Shown piece by piece: positions 30,790-40,312 of a stretch of 52,115 nucleotides of DNA. The notes beneath the pieces are model-generated. The model was given only the letters and a program-made list of their open reading frames with translations. It had not been told where the DNA came from and made no database searches. This DNA comes from an uncultured Planctomycetaceae bacterium. Lineage in GTDB: Bacteria > Planctomycetota > Planctomycetia > Planctomycetales > Planctomycetaceae. The stretch spans positions 1-52,115 of the forward strand of contig CALJUK010000225.1 of NCBI GenBank assembly GCA_937975745.1, in the 5' to 3' direction. The stretch's first letter is position 1; every line of letters begins with the position of its first letter. Position numbers and translations under genes: made by a program.

Positions 30790-32283
30790 TTAGCTCACAA
30801 GTCCAGCGAGGAGTGGTGACAAGAACGACAGACCCTGTCGCTGCTGGGAAAGGTCGAGTTCACGGTTACCTAACTGGGCGCGAAGATTCCGGTCAAGGTC
30901 TCCAGACCTCACGCCAAGCAATTGACCCAACAGGCTCTGCCGAAGCTGCTGGTCCGTTGTCTGTGCCTGGAGGTCCCGTGCTGCGTTGGCCTGGGCATTC
31001 TGCAAGTCGAGCGATCGATTCGCACGGGCGAGTTCCCCGCGGCCAAGTTCAGCCTGGAGCGTCCGAGCCTGATTCGTGTTGGCCTGATCGAGCAATGCCC
31101 CAAGAAGATTGAGCCCCTGCGTCTGATCCGCCTGTCGCTCGCCAACCCGCTGCGAGTATTGATTTGATGCCGCGATCTGCGATTCGAGGTCTTGGGCACG
31201 TGATCCGAGGTCCTGGTCCACGAGCTGGCCGAAGAGGCTGATACGGTTCTGATCGTCCGCAATCCCCTCGCGCTGCCGGCTGGCGAACTGGTTCTCTCGC
31301 GCGATCTGGCTGGCCAGCAGGTTCCTCTGGTCGGAAGCATACTTCTCGAGAGTGGCATCCGTGAGGGAATCTTGAGTGCTTGCAAGAGCCCTTGAGGCAG
31401 CTTGGCTCTGGATTGCCTGGGCTGCCGGGGACCGTGGGTCGACGCCCACTCCGGCCGCTTGGTTTTGCAGACCAACGAGATCACCCCCGAGGGAGCTTGC
31501 TGCATTGCCGAGAATCTGGTTAAGCCGACTCTGGAACAGAACTGGCGACTCCCCCCGCTGCTCCGTGATCGCCGGCTGTTGCCCTGGCGTGCGCTGACCC
31601 ATCACCGAGTCAATGTTTGCGGCGAGTTGCTCTGGAGTTCGCGACTGGCGCAGCTCGATCATTGACGGCGCACGGCCGAGGGCGGCTTCTGTTGGCTGGA
31701 ACAAGTTGCTGAGCATTGTCTGCCCGCCGGCTCCCAGTGACTGACCAAGAATCTGATTCGGACGAATCTGGCTTGGCTGACTGATGCCCTGATTCGCGGG
31801 CGGCGCAGTTCCTGGACCGGTGGGAACGGGTGCTGGCGCCGAGACACCGACGTTCCCCGTGAGGCCTACACCCTGGAGGATGTCGCCCACTCCTGACGTC
31901 CCTGGAGTCCCTGATGCCGAGACACTGGTGGACGAGACAGCGTTTGGGTCGTAGCCACGCAGGAGATTACTCACGGCACCGAATCCGGCACCGGAGCGGA
32001 TCCCGTGCATAATGTCGTCGGACTGGCTTCCAGAGAGGCCCATCCCCGGACCGCGATGCTGAGCCCACTCCGCCGGGCCTGCGGTCGCTCCGAGGGCGCC
32101 GGTCGGCAGGCCGAACAGGTACTCGGCCAATCCGGCTTTGCGGTTCTCCGCTGCGCGCATCGACTGGGCTTGGAGATTCGGGGCGTCTGCTGCAAATGCC
32201 GCGGCGCCGAGTGTGGCGAGCCGATTCTGATTGGCGGCATACTTGGCCGCATCAGCTTGTTGGAATGTGTTGAACGCGGTCAT
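30790..32283 (-). CDS. Gln/Gly/Ala-rich virion internal-protein-like
   Basis: ORF 30790..32340 (GTG). ATG32283 lies 1 nt after the upstream stop. C-terminal half is Q/A/R-rich, repetitive and helical. Confidence 0.55.
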   Translation of the reverse strand: MTAFNTFQQADAAKYAANQNRLATLGAAAFAADAPNLQAQSMRAAENRKAGLAEYLFGLPTGALGATAGPAEWAQHRGPGMGLSGSQSDDIMHGIRSGAGFGAVSNLLRGYDPNAVSSTSVSASGTPGTSGVGDILQGVGLTGNVGVSAPAPVPTGPGTAPPANQGISQPSQIRPNQILGQSLGAGGQTMLSNLFQPTEAALGRAPSMIELRQSRTPEQLAANIDSVMGQRTPGQQPAITEQRGESPVLFQSRLNQILGNAASSLGGDLVGLQNQAAGVGVDPRSPAAQAIQSQAASRALASTQDSLTDATLEKYASDQRNLLASQIARENQFASRQREGIADDQNRISLFGQLVDQDLGSRAQDLESQIAASNQYSQRVGERQADQTQGLNLLGALLDQANTNQARTLQAELGRGELARANRSLDLQNAQANAARDLQAQTTDQQLRQSLLGQLLGVRSGDLDRNLRAQLGNRELDLSQQRQGLSFLSPLLAGLVS

Positions 32284-32284
32284 G

Positions 32285-33208
32285 TCAATCCCCAGCAGTT
32301 GGATCGGTTGCCCACTGACGGCCGTCAGTGTTGAGGTCACTATACACCCTCAGTCCACCGTCAGCACTCACTGCCATCGTGAGATCATCGGTGAGAATCA
32401 CGAGAATCTCGTCGCCAACCTTGTAGAGAGGAAGGACCGTCTGGGTTTCCGTGGTGTCTCCGTCCGTCACCTCGCGAGTCTGGGCGTCCGAGTACGTGTA
32501 CGTGAGGCCGTCTACAGTCTTGCCGTCGAACGTTGATCGCCTCAGATAGTACGGCTTGAGTGCCTGAATTGGCTTATTGGCTTCGTCGCCCGTGGAAATG
32601 AACGGGTTGATGTAGTTGATCGTGATCGTGTCATCGCCAATCGCCGTGATGGTCGACCGGACCATTCGGCTAGACGTGGCTGCACTCTGTCCCTGGCCGG
32701 CACCCACAACGGTTGTCGTCCCGCCCGGCGGAAGATCGAACACCTGTGGAAGCTCGGAGTCCTGGATCGAGACTGGGGGGAAATCAACATCCTCAACTGT
32801 GCTGGCAACGTCCGGCTCGATCAGCACTAGTGGTGGCTGGAACAAGCTCCCGTCACCCCCCTCGATAACCACAAAGGGGTTGGGCATGTCCGCATCTGTC
32901 CCAGGCACGTTGTACTCAACTGCGACTGGTGAGTTGATCGACGCTACGAGGTCTGTGTTTCCTGGCGGTGCTGGCACAGCGGGCGCAGCATTGGTCCCGG
33001 CCGCGTCTCCTACTTCGAACACCGGCCCGTCGTAGTTCCTGGTGATCTTGATCGGCGCGCCAAGCACAATCGGCTCTTCAGCACCGAGAATCGCGTACAC
33101 CTCCTCGGCCAGCTCATGAACCCCAGGGTCCTGGCCATTGATGCGTCGACCCCACCTCTGTCTCTGAAGGCGTGGAAGTTGATTGGCGAACAGATTCCGG
33201 ATGCTCAT
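32285..33208 (-). CDS. virion/tail structural protein
   Basis: 307 aa. ATGA-coupled to the upstream 756-aa gene. Confidence 0.55.
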   Translation of the reverse strand: MSIRNLFANQLPRLQRQRWGRRINGQDPGVHELAEEVYAILGAEEPIVLGAPIKITRNYDGPVFEVGDAAGTNAAPAVPAPPGNTDLVASINSPVAVEYNVPGTDADMPNPFVVIEGGDGSLFQPPLVLIEPDVASTVEDVDFPPVSIQDSELPQVFDLPPGGTTTVVGAGQGQSAATSSRMVRSTITAIGDDTITINYINPFISTGDEANKPIQALKPYYLRRSTFDGKTVDGLTYTYSDAQTREVTDGDTTETQTVLPLYKVGDEILVILTDDLTMAVSADGGLRVYSDLNTDGRQWATDPTAGD

Positions 33209-35475
33209 CCAGTCACCCCATCGATCCGCAGGCTGTAGATTTGCTGGGGAGTTTCTCCCTGAACTCCATCAATCTGCACTTCGAAGAGGCGATCTCCATC
33301 GAGATTGCTCTGGCGGTTCCCGTCGAGGTTCAGCGTCCAGAATCCATCCGTCTTGGTGGGGTCAAGAATGGCATTCTCGTCACCCTGCTCGGTAGTCACG
33401 CCGTTGGTAGTTGCTCCCAAGCCCCAATTCTCGGCCGTGGCAGATTCGTTGAGGTAGGTCCGGAGGCGGATCGCATCGCTCGCATGCCCTGGCTTTGCAT
33501 TGAGGAACAACTTTCGGGCGTTGCCCTTCTCCTCGGGAGCAAACCGAAAGACGCGACTTCTCCAGTGCCACTGAATCCCGCCGATCGTGAACTTGGTTGT
33601 CGTGTCTGGCTGTTTTGTCCAGGGAACGTCCACAGATAGCGTTGTGCCCGACACAGCGCGAATTGTGCGGCGCTGGCCGATCCCCGTACCAGACGTGATG
33701 ACGACCGGGTAACCAACCATGCTCGATGCGAACGTGGCCCCACTGACAGTCACAGAATCAACAGTCGATGACGTCACGGTCCCGTTGTGCGTGTTCCCAT
33801 CCTCGGCGTCGACCCCGTCGAGGGACCCCATTCCCAGGACAAACACCCGGTTGGCCGTCGAGCCCACGAACACGACAGGTTCGCCAGCGACTTCACCCTC
33901 TGTGCTGCTGGTGATCGGAAATGGGTACTCTTCAATCCACCATCGCTGCGTTCGGTACGCGTAACAGATGGCATGGTACGGGTAGCGTGTGCAGCCCAGT
34001 GTCACGAAGAAGCGTATTACCTGTTGACCACCGTCATGAACGGCGTGGAAGAACTCCTCGTGCTCCCATCGAACACGCCAGTCGTAGTAACCATTTCGGT
34101 CGAACAGGTCCTGGATCGACACGCTGATTGGCTGGTCGTCGTTCCCTGCAAACTGATGGATTCCCTCGCGATCGAGGATGTACGCCATGTCCTCAACAAT
34201 GACCACACACCGCTGGCTGATCATGCCGCGGTACGTTCTGTGGAAGATAGAACCATCACCACCAGCACCCTGAGGCGCCGGGTTGCGCAGGAACGAGAGC
34301 ACGTGAAGCCGGTCCCGCTCACCGAGATACATCAGCGACCCCAGCCGGAACATGCCTGTGATGTCGCCGAGTGACTGATCGGCATTCACGATCAACGCAT
34401 TCACCGCGGGCACGGCATCCGGAAGCCCAGACTCACTCCAGGCGATCGAGCGGCGGCGTGTGTCGATCGAGCGAATTCTGTAATCGGCATAGGGCTCCGT
34501 GCTTCCTGGGTATCCCTCACTCAACGTCAACGTCTGGTTGGTCGTGTCGACCGCCGAGATCGTAACCCCCTCGACACCATCGACGTGTAGCAGCCGGCCT
34601 ACGAGTGAGCTTGTCCATTCCGTGCCGACACCAGTGACCGATGTTGAGCCAAATGTGACTGAGACGGCTCCCTGCGAATACTCGGCATCCCCCGCGAAGA
34701 ACATGCGGCCGTTTACGTGCAGAAGACTCGTGAGGTCGTTTGGCGGAACCCCGTATCGCGACACTGCGAGGTCGACGCCGTTCCCGTCGAACAGAGGAAC
34801 GGCGGTCTGGCCGGTCAGAGAGCTGTCCGCGCGGTAACTGTCGATCGACGTAGACGTGAGGTCTGTCGTGTCAACATCGACGTAGAACGTAGCTGTGTTT
34901 CCGTTGGCGTTTCGCAGGATTTGACGACGCTCAATCTGGGCGTCTTGGGGGACCTCAAGGTTGGAGTACGTGATCTTCTCCGCACCGCCGATCCACGAAC
35001 CACCCCCGGCGTACGTACCATTGCCAGCAACATCGACTCCATCCAGGGTCTGCAAGGAGAAGGTGTCCGCATTGATGTTGGTGACAAGGTACGTGCCGTT
35101 GGCGGCCGTGTTTCCAGCAACGTTCGAGACAACGATCTGGTCGCCCGTTGAAAGCCCGTGGTTCGCCGTTGTGATTTGTATCGGAACCGTGTTCGATGCC
35201 CCCGCGACATCGCCACTGTTCCCGTTGATGACTGTCTTCGCGGATATCGGTGTCAGGTTTGAAAGACGACCATCGCGATCCACGTAACGCAGGTAGGCGT
35301 AGTAGGTTCCGACGATCTGGCCGTTGCCCGAAGCGACCATTGACACTTTGGATGTCGGAGCAGCAACTCCGGCGAGTTCCGCGGGCAGGGAGATTCCACG
35401 CCACCGCAAGACCGGGTCGAATCCGGATGCGATGTAGATGGTTCCGTCCGGTGCTTGTGCTATGGAGTTAGGCAT
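33205..35475 (-). CDS. large tail/baseplate-type structural protein (beta-rich)
   Basis: 756 aa, beta-strand-rich with Gly/Thr/Val repeats. Position is in the tail module. Confidence 0.6.
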   Translation of the reverse strand: MPNSIAQAPDGTIYIASGFDPVLRWRGISLPAELAGVAAPTSKVSMVASGNGQIVGTYYAYLRYVDRDGRLSNLTPISAKTVINGNSGDVAGASNTVPIQITTANHGLSTGDQIVVSNVAGNTAANGTYLVTNINADTFSLQTLDGVDVAGNGTYAGGGSWIGGAEKITYSNLEVPQDAQIERRQILRNANGNTATFYVDVDTTDLTSTSIDSYRADSSLTGQTAVPLFDGNGVDLAVSRYGVPPNDLTSLLHVNGRMFFAGDAEYSQGAVSVTFGSTSVTGVGTEWTSSLVGRLLHVDGVEGVTISAVDTTNQTLTLSEGYPGSTEPYADYRIRSIDTRRRSIAWSESGLPDAVPAVNALIVNADQSLGDITGMFRLGSLMYLGERDRLHVLSFLRNPAPQGAGGDGSIFHRTYRGMISQRCVVIVEDMAYILDREGIHQFAGNDDQPISVSIQDLFDRNGYYDWRVRWEHEEFFHAVHDGGQQVIRFFVTLGCTRYPYHAICYAYRTQRWWIEEYPFPITSSTEGEVAGEPVVFVGSTANRVFVLGMGSLDGVDAEDGNTHNGTVTSSTVDSVTVSGATFASSMVGYPVVITSGTGIGQRRTIRAVSGTTLSVDVPWTKQPDTTTKFTIGGIQWHWRSRVFRFAPEEKGNARKLFLNAKPGHASDAIRLRTYLNESATAENWGLGATTNGVTTEQGDENAILDPTKTDGFWTLNLDGNRQSNLDGDRLFEVQIDGVQGETPQQIYSLRIDGVTG

Positions 35476-36061
35476 CGATCCCTGCCAAAGTCTTTAGCTC
35501 ATCGGACACGTCGATGATCCAACGCTCATCGTCTCCTGGCGACTGTCCGATCTGGACCTCGTCGATTGTAGCGTTCGGGTAGGTCGTCTCGATATGCGTC
35601 TTCAGCTCGCCATACCCAGGCGACAGGTCACCCGAGTCAACATCGCTCGTGATCAGCACGACACGAGTAGGAGTAATCCCATCTCGGATCGTGTCGAAAT
35701 GCCCGATCTGCGTTTCGCCCGTGGGGTTGTCGGACGGTTCAAGGATCACCACAACCGGCGAGATATCCACACTCTGATTGATGTCGTTACGAGCATCTGG
35801 AGGCGAAAACGGACCGTCGAGACCTTCGATGTTGATCGCACCCATCTTCGAGGTGCCGATCTGCTGCAAGGTCGCATGAAGCGTGGGGATGTCCGCCTCA
35901 ACCCTCTCAGGGAACCCTGGTGGAGTTGGCGGCGGCCCGCCGTAATACGACGACTCATCCTGCCAGAGGATAACGACCCAGGTGTCAGACCGGGCGAACG
36001 CCGAGACCGTCTGGCTCGCCTGAAAGAAACCCAGTGGTGACCTCGAGCGTTCGAAGCCCAT
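35468..36061 (-). CDS. virion structural protein
   Basis: 197-aa ORF, tightly packed. Confidence 0.5.
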   Translation of the reverse strand: MGFERSRSPLGFFQASQTVSAFARSDTWVVILWQDESSYYGGPPPTPPGFPERVEADIPTLHATLQQIGTSKMGAINIEGLDGPFSPPDARNDINQSVDISPVVVILEPSDNPTGETQIGHFDTIRDGITPTRVVLITSDVDSGDLSPGYGELKTHIETTYPNATIDEVQIGQSPGDDERWIIDVSDELKTLAGIDA

Positions 36062-36069
36062 GCGTCACC

Positions 36070-36879
36070 TCATGCGTACTTGTAGACCTTGTCGTTCGTG
36101 CTTCCGACCGTAAAGACGAGCGTATCGTCATCGGTGATGAAGACATCGTACATCAGGCTGTCCTGCGACGAGACATCCTTCGAAACACTGTTATAGGCCG
36201 CTGTGCTCACGTCCCAATCGGTGCTCAGGTCATACTCGTAGATCGTGTTGTTGAGGTTCCCGATCGCGAGCATCTTGCCGCCATCGCTCGTGAAGCAGAT
36301 ACCACCAGATTGAGATTCCTGCGTCGAGATGCTGAACGACTTCGAGTCATAGCTCGCGCTGGTGATGTCCCAGGCCGTTGATAACGAATACTGAAACACA
36401 GTGTCGTTCGAGTCGCAAAGCACAAATAGCTTTGTGCCGTCTGGCTTAAACCAGATTCCGCCGGGGTTTGTCCCTTCGGTAGACACTGACAAGCTGGAGA
36501 ACGTGTAGGTCGCGGTGCTCACGTCCCATGCTGTACTCAGCGAGTATTCGAAGACTTCTTCGTTCTGGGAACCCGACATATACATCTTGGTTCCGTCATC
36601 GCTGAACGCAAGCCCCTGTGGTTGATTGTCTTCGAATGAGACCGAGAACGACGCCTCTGCTGCTCCCTTAGAGCTGGGGTCCCAAGCTGTGCTCAAGGCG
36701 TACTGATAGACGGTGTCGCTCGACAGGCCAACGACATACATCTTTGTTCCGTCATCCTTGAAGAACACCGCCTGTGGATCAGTCTCGTCGGATGTGACAC
36801 TCCCATCATCGCCGGAAACATAGTTGCAGTTCGCGACACTGAATCCGGTTGGCGACATCAGGTGCATTGTCCCCATCAT
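36070..36879 (-). CDS. beta-propeller-like repeat protein (tail fibre/receptor-binding candidate), paralog 2
   Basis: About 45-aa repeats of the form vYqYSLSTAWDxSTAxY...DGTKMYv. ATG36879 overlaps the upstream stop (ATGA); the ORF track starts at 36891. Confidence 0.6.
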   Translation of the reverse strand: MMGTMHLMSPTGFSVANCNYVSGDDGSVTSDETDPQAVFFKDDGTKMYVVGLSSDTVYQYALSTAWDPSSKGAAEASFSVSFEDNQPQGLAFSDDGTKMYMSGSQNEEVFEYSLSTAWDVSTATYTFSSLSVSTEGTNPGGIWFKPDGTKLFVLCDSNDTVFQYSLSTAWDITSASYDSKSFSISTQESQSGGICFTSDGGKMLAIGNLNNTIYEYDLSTDWDVSTAAYNSVSKDVSSQDSLMYDVFITDDDTLVFTVGSTNDKVYKYA

Positions 36880-37859
36880 GTCACACTCCATTGGAAGATT
36901 GAGTTGACACTTAGGACAAAGAACCGCTCGTAATCGCTGGGCCGGAACTGGAACCCGACCGTTCCACCGTTCGGCGCCAAGCTATTACTGACGCTGTCGT
37001 AACTGATTGAACCACTTCCCAGCGAGTATGGCGTCGTGAGCGAATACTGATAGATCGTTTTCGTCCCACCAGCTATCACCAACTGACTCCCATCACCGTT
37101 GAAGTCCATTGAATTGCCATTGGAAACGTCGGTCGCAGCGTACGAAACGCTGTTGTACGTCGCCGTGCTCACATCCCAGGCCGTTGAGAGGTCGTACTCG
37201 TAGAGCGTCGTTGCGGACCCATTGACATCAAGGACAAACATCTTTGTGCCGCTGGGATTGAACTCAATTGCGCGAGGCGATGTGGTCTGCCCAGAGATGT
37301 CCTTGCTGACGGAGTCGTAACTCGCGGTACTCAAGTCCCAGTCTGTCGAGAGCGAGTACTGGTAAACCGTGTCGTTGTCCTGTCCAGCGATGTACATCTT
37401 CGTGCCGTCTTCCTTGACGAACATTGCAAACGGCTTTGTCTCCTCTGTCGAAATGTCAAGGTCCACCGTGTCGTATGAGATGGAACTCAAGTCCCAAGCT
37501 GCACTCAAGGAGTATTGATGGACCGAGTCACTGGAATCACCAAGCAGGAACAGGACTGTCCCAGCTGCATTCAGAGCGATCTCATTGGCGTTGGTGTCCT
37601 GCGACGACACCGAGTGTGAGACGGAGTCATACGCAAAGTCTGTGACATCCACGACTGGCGCAGCGCCGCCGAAGATTGCCCCGTCTGCAATGGCCCCACT
37701 CAGAGACGCGATTCTCGACGCTGATCGAACACGCTTGCTTTTGGGGAGCAGCAATCTCGAGCCGGCCGCTTGAGCCCACAACGTCGATTCCCCCGCGCCG
37801 GAGTCACCACCACCCGAACCGGGGAAGAGCATCAGCGGGGCATGTGGGAGTCGATTCAT
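36876..37859 (-). CDS. beta-propeller-like repeat protein (tail fibre/receptor-binding candidate), paralog 1
   Basis: Same YxYSLSTxWDLSTASYDSVS...GTKM repeat family, 327 aa. Confidence 0.6.
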   Translation of the reverse strand: MNRLPHAPLMLFPGSGGGDSGAGESTLWAQAAGSRLLLPKSKRVRSASRIASLSGAIADGAIFGGAAPVVDVTDFAYDSVSHSVSSQDTNANEIALNAAGTVLFLLGDSSDSVHQYSLSAAWDLSSISYDTVDLDISTEETKPFAMFVKEDGTKMYIAGQDNDTVYQYSLSTDWDLSTASYDSVSKDISGQTTSPRAIEFNPSGTKMFVLDVNGSATTLYEYDLSTAWDVSTATYNSVSYAATDVSNGNSMDFNGDGSQLVIAGGTKTIYQYSLTTPYSLGSGSISYDSVSNSLAPNGGTVGFQFRPSDYERFFVLSVNSIFQWSVT

Positions 37860-37862
37860 GTC

Positions 37863-38180
37863 TCACCGCCTGTAGCGATCGCTGGCCACACGACCTGTCG
37901 AGGTTCCGCCCGTGGACTCTGTCAGAGTCGAGGATTCCTGATAAACGAGGCAAACCGTTTCGGTGACAAAGTCGATCCGCCTGTGTGTTACACCGATTGC
38001 CGGCTGAGTCGGATGCGTCCGCCGCCTGGACGGCCGCGGGAATACCGACTCCTGCTCAAGCACCACCACCTTGCCTAAAGCCGCACTCGGAGCGAAGACC
38101 GGAGACGAATCGATGAATGATTCGGTTACCTGTCGTCTGCGTGACTTCCGTGATGGTGCCGACTGAAGAATATTCGCCAT
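37863..38180 (-). CDS. hypothetical protein
   Basis: 105-aa ORF filling the gap in the structural block. Confidence 0.4.
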   Translation of the reverse strand: MANILQSAPSRKSRRRQVTESFIDSSPVFAPSAALGKVVVLEQESVFPRPSRRRTHPTQPAIGVTHRRIDFVTETVCLVYQESSTLTESTGGTSTGRVASDRYRR

Positions 38181-38207
38181 CGGCCAATCTCCTGGCCGTA
38201 GGGCAGA

Positions 38208-38660
38208 TTACTCTTCGAAGCCAATCTCAACGTCAACTGTGGTGTCGGTGCCGGACGACTGCACAGCGCGAATCCCAACGCGATCGCCAGCACCGCATAC
38301 TGGCTGTGCTTCGTATGGAAACACGTGCCGCTGCGCAGTCTGGGGGTGAACCGTGAAGACATGGATCACATCGCCCGTGGTGGGCTCCGCCGTCGCGGTG
38401 TGCTGCGCGGTCGTGTCGAGGCTGTCAGAGATGGAGTCATCATTCTTTGTGGGCGTCAGCGACGTCATCGTTCCCGCCGACGACTGACGAACCAGCTCAA
38501 ATTGAATCGGAGCTTGTGAGTTTGACGTCCCCTTGCAGCCGATGGCGACGTGCGTAATCGCGATCGCGTGATTCGTTGCCGCAACTAACTGAACGAGGGT
38601 CTTCGTTCCTGTGCCGGATGCGATTCCAGCCTGCTTTGCCGTTCCAAAACGTCGGGCCAT
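38208..38660 (-). CDS. small beta-rich virion protein
   Basis: 150 aa. Confidence 0.5.
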   Translation of the reverse strand: MARRFGTAKQAGIASGTGTKTLVQLVAATNHAIAITHVAIGCKGTSNSQAPIQFELVRQSSAGTMTSLTPTKNDDSISDSLDTTAQHTATAEPTTGDVIHVFTVHPQTAQRHVFPYEAQPVCGAGDRVGIRAVQSSGTDTTVDVEIGFEE

Positions 38661-38662
38661 GA

Positions 38663-39067
38663 CTAACCCCCTGCTCCTTTGAGGATGTTGGTGAGAGCTA
38701 TCGTCTCATCGTCTGTGTAACTACGGTCGCCCGAAGTGAAAAGGCGAGTCACGAGAAGCGTACCACTAGAGCCGCCTTTCGTGCTATCCGTGGTGATGAA
38801 ATAACCCTTGACCGTGACGGATGCGTTGAACGTCATTGTGACAGCATCAGCTGTTAGGAGCTTGTTCGCGGCCGTCCCGTAGCTCCACTGAGGGCGGGTT
38901 GCTTCGTCGTAATCCGTCAGCTCTGCCCAGCCAGCATGGCTCGCCATCGTGTCGTCAGCACTGAGGCCAACATCCTCGTCGTATCCTGTCTCGCCGATCA
39001 GGCCGATGTAGAGAGGGTCGTCGATCTGGTTCAGTAACCACGTCAGTCCCTCGGTCGTGAAGCTCAT
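38663..39067 (-). CDS. small virion protein
   Basis: 134 aa. Confidence 0.5.
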   Translation of the reverse strand: MSFTTEGLTWLLNQIDDPLYIGLIGETGYDEDVGLSADDTMASHAGWAELTDYDEATRPQWSYGTAANKLLTADAVTMTFNASVTVKGYFITTDSTKGGSSGTLLVTRLFTSGDRSYTDDETIALTNILKGAGG

Positions 39068-39075
39068 GGCGTCTC

Positions 39076-39489
39076 CTATGTGCGTGGCGTCTTTCCACGT
39101 CGAACTTCACCAGAGTCTGTCTGCCAAACGATCTGCTTCCCAGTCGCATTGGCGAACCACTGCATAGCGATCACGGTGCCGGCTGCGGATCCACCGCCGA
39201 TCACGCGAAACATTCCACTAGCCACACCCGCGACCGATGACACTTCCCAGGACGCTCGCCAGGAATACAGACCACTGGAGAACTCGCTTCCGAGACGGAC
39301 AAAGTGCCCAAACCATCCTGTGGCATCCTCGCGATCCTTGGGTGGTACGGTGAACTGCGCGACCTTCGTACCGGATGAGTTGTAAACTCGAACCGTTGGA
39401 GCAGCGTCTGGCGACGAAACGGTCCCAGACGCATTCCGAACTTGGAACGCGATGGAAGCTTCGTCGCCGAGTCGCCACCGTGGAATCAT
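39076..39489 (-). CDS. small beta-sandwich-like virion protein (paralog of 39494..39799)
   Basis: Internal ATG of ORF 39076..39582. Shares the pattern LGD..I....G......P...Y......TGW......SG.Y....Y/W.VSS with its neighbour. Confidence 0.5.
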   Translation of the reverse strand: MIPRWRLGDEASIAFQVRNASGTVSSPDAAPTVRVYNSSGTKVAQFTVPPKDREDATGWFGHFVRLGSEFSSGLYSWRASWEVSSVAGVASGMFRVIGGGSAAGTVIAMQWFANATGKQIVWQTDSGEVRRGKTPRT

Positions 39490-39493
39490 TGAA

Positions 39494-39799
39494 CTAAGCA
39501 ATCTGGAAAGAATACTCCTGCGCCTTCGCAACGCTGGAGACGTCGTAAGCCACCCGGATTGTGTACACGGTTCCGGATGCAAAACTGTTGCCCGCTGTTA
39601 ACGCTTGGCTGATCTTGTGCCAACCAGTCTGGCTGTCCACAACTCCCGAAGCAGTCCCCGTCTGCACGGGCGTGGATGTCTCACCCTTGTAGATGCGGAA
39701 TGTGGGGTCTGCATCAGCCGTGGCTGGCGCGTTGCCGTCTGCAAGCTGAATGTGAGCCTCGAGTGTGTCGCCCAGCTCGTAGATTCCAAGGAACATCAT
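39494..39799 (-). CDS. small beta-sandwich-like virion protein
   Basis: 101 aa. Confidence 0.5.
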   Translation of the reverse strand: MMFLGIYELGDTLEAHIQLADGNAPATADADPTFRIYKGETSTPVQTGTASGVVDSQTGWHKISQALTAGNSFASGTVYTIRVAYDVSSVAKAQEYSFQIA

Positions 39800-39972
39800 T
39801 CGGCCTCAAATTGAACAACTCGGAGTCCACGTCTCGGCCTGAGTTCACCCGGCCGCTCGCTCTGCGCATTGACCTGATCCTGAGCCGCTCCCTCGGGCAC
39901 ATCGCGACCATCAGCCTTTGTCACAAGGCCAGCCCAGTCGCGAATGTCTACCTGAGAAGCTGGAGGAATCAT
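39796..39972 (-). CDS. small hypothetical protein (58 aa, below the ORF-track cutoff)
   Basis: Hand translation: MIPPASQVDIRDWAGLVTKADGRDVPEGAAQDQVNAQSERPGELRPRRGLRVVQFEAE. It fills the gap exactly and its stop overlaps the next ATG. Confidence 0.4.
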   Translation of the reverse strand: MIPPASQVDIRDWAGLVTKADGRDVPEGAAQDQVNAQSERPGELRPRRGLRVVQFEAE

Positions 39973-39973
39973 G

Positions 39974-40300
39974 TCAGTCTCGTAGGAACACCTTGATCAC
40001 ACGGTCTGCCGTTTGGGTCGCCATGTTGATTCGACAGTGCTTGGCGCTGAATGTCTTGTACGGCAACGCATGGGTGGAACTGGCCACCACATCCCCTGTC
40101 GCAACGGGGTTGGCTTCATTTCCCTCGGCGGGAACTGTCGTGAAGTTGCTGCCATCGTTTGAGAACCCGAAACTCAGCGTCGTGCCCGTGATCGCGGACG
40201 GGAGCTGGATGGAACCCCAGGCACAGTTTTGGAGTGCAAAATCCACCGCAGAACTGCCGCTTGGAATCGTGACGTTGAGTTCTTGAATGCTCCGGGCCAT
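39974..40300 (-). CDS. small beta-rich virion protein
   Basis: 108 aa. Confidence 0.5.
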   Translation of the reverse strand: MARSIQELNVTIPSGSSAVDFALQNCAWGSIQLPSAITGTTLSFGFSNDGSNFTTVPAEGNEANPVATGDVVASSTHALPYKTFSAKHCRINMATQTADRVIKVFLRD

Positions 40301-40312
40301 TGCTCTTTCCTG

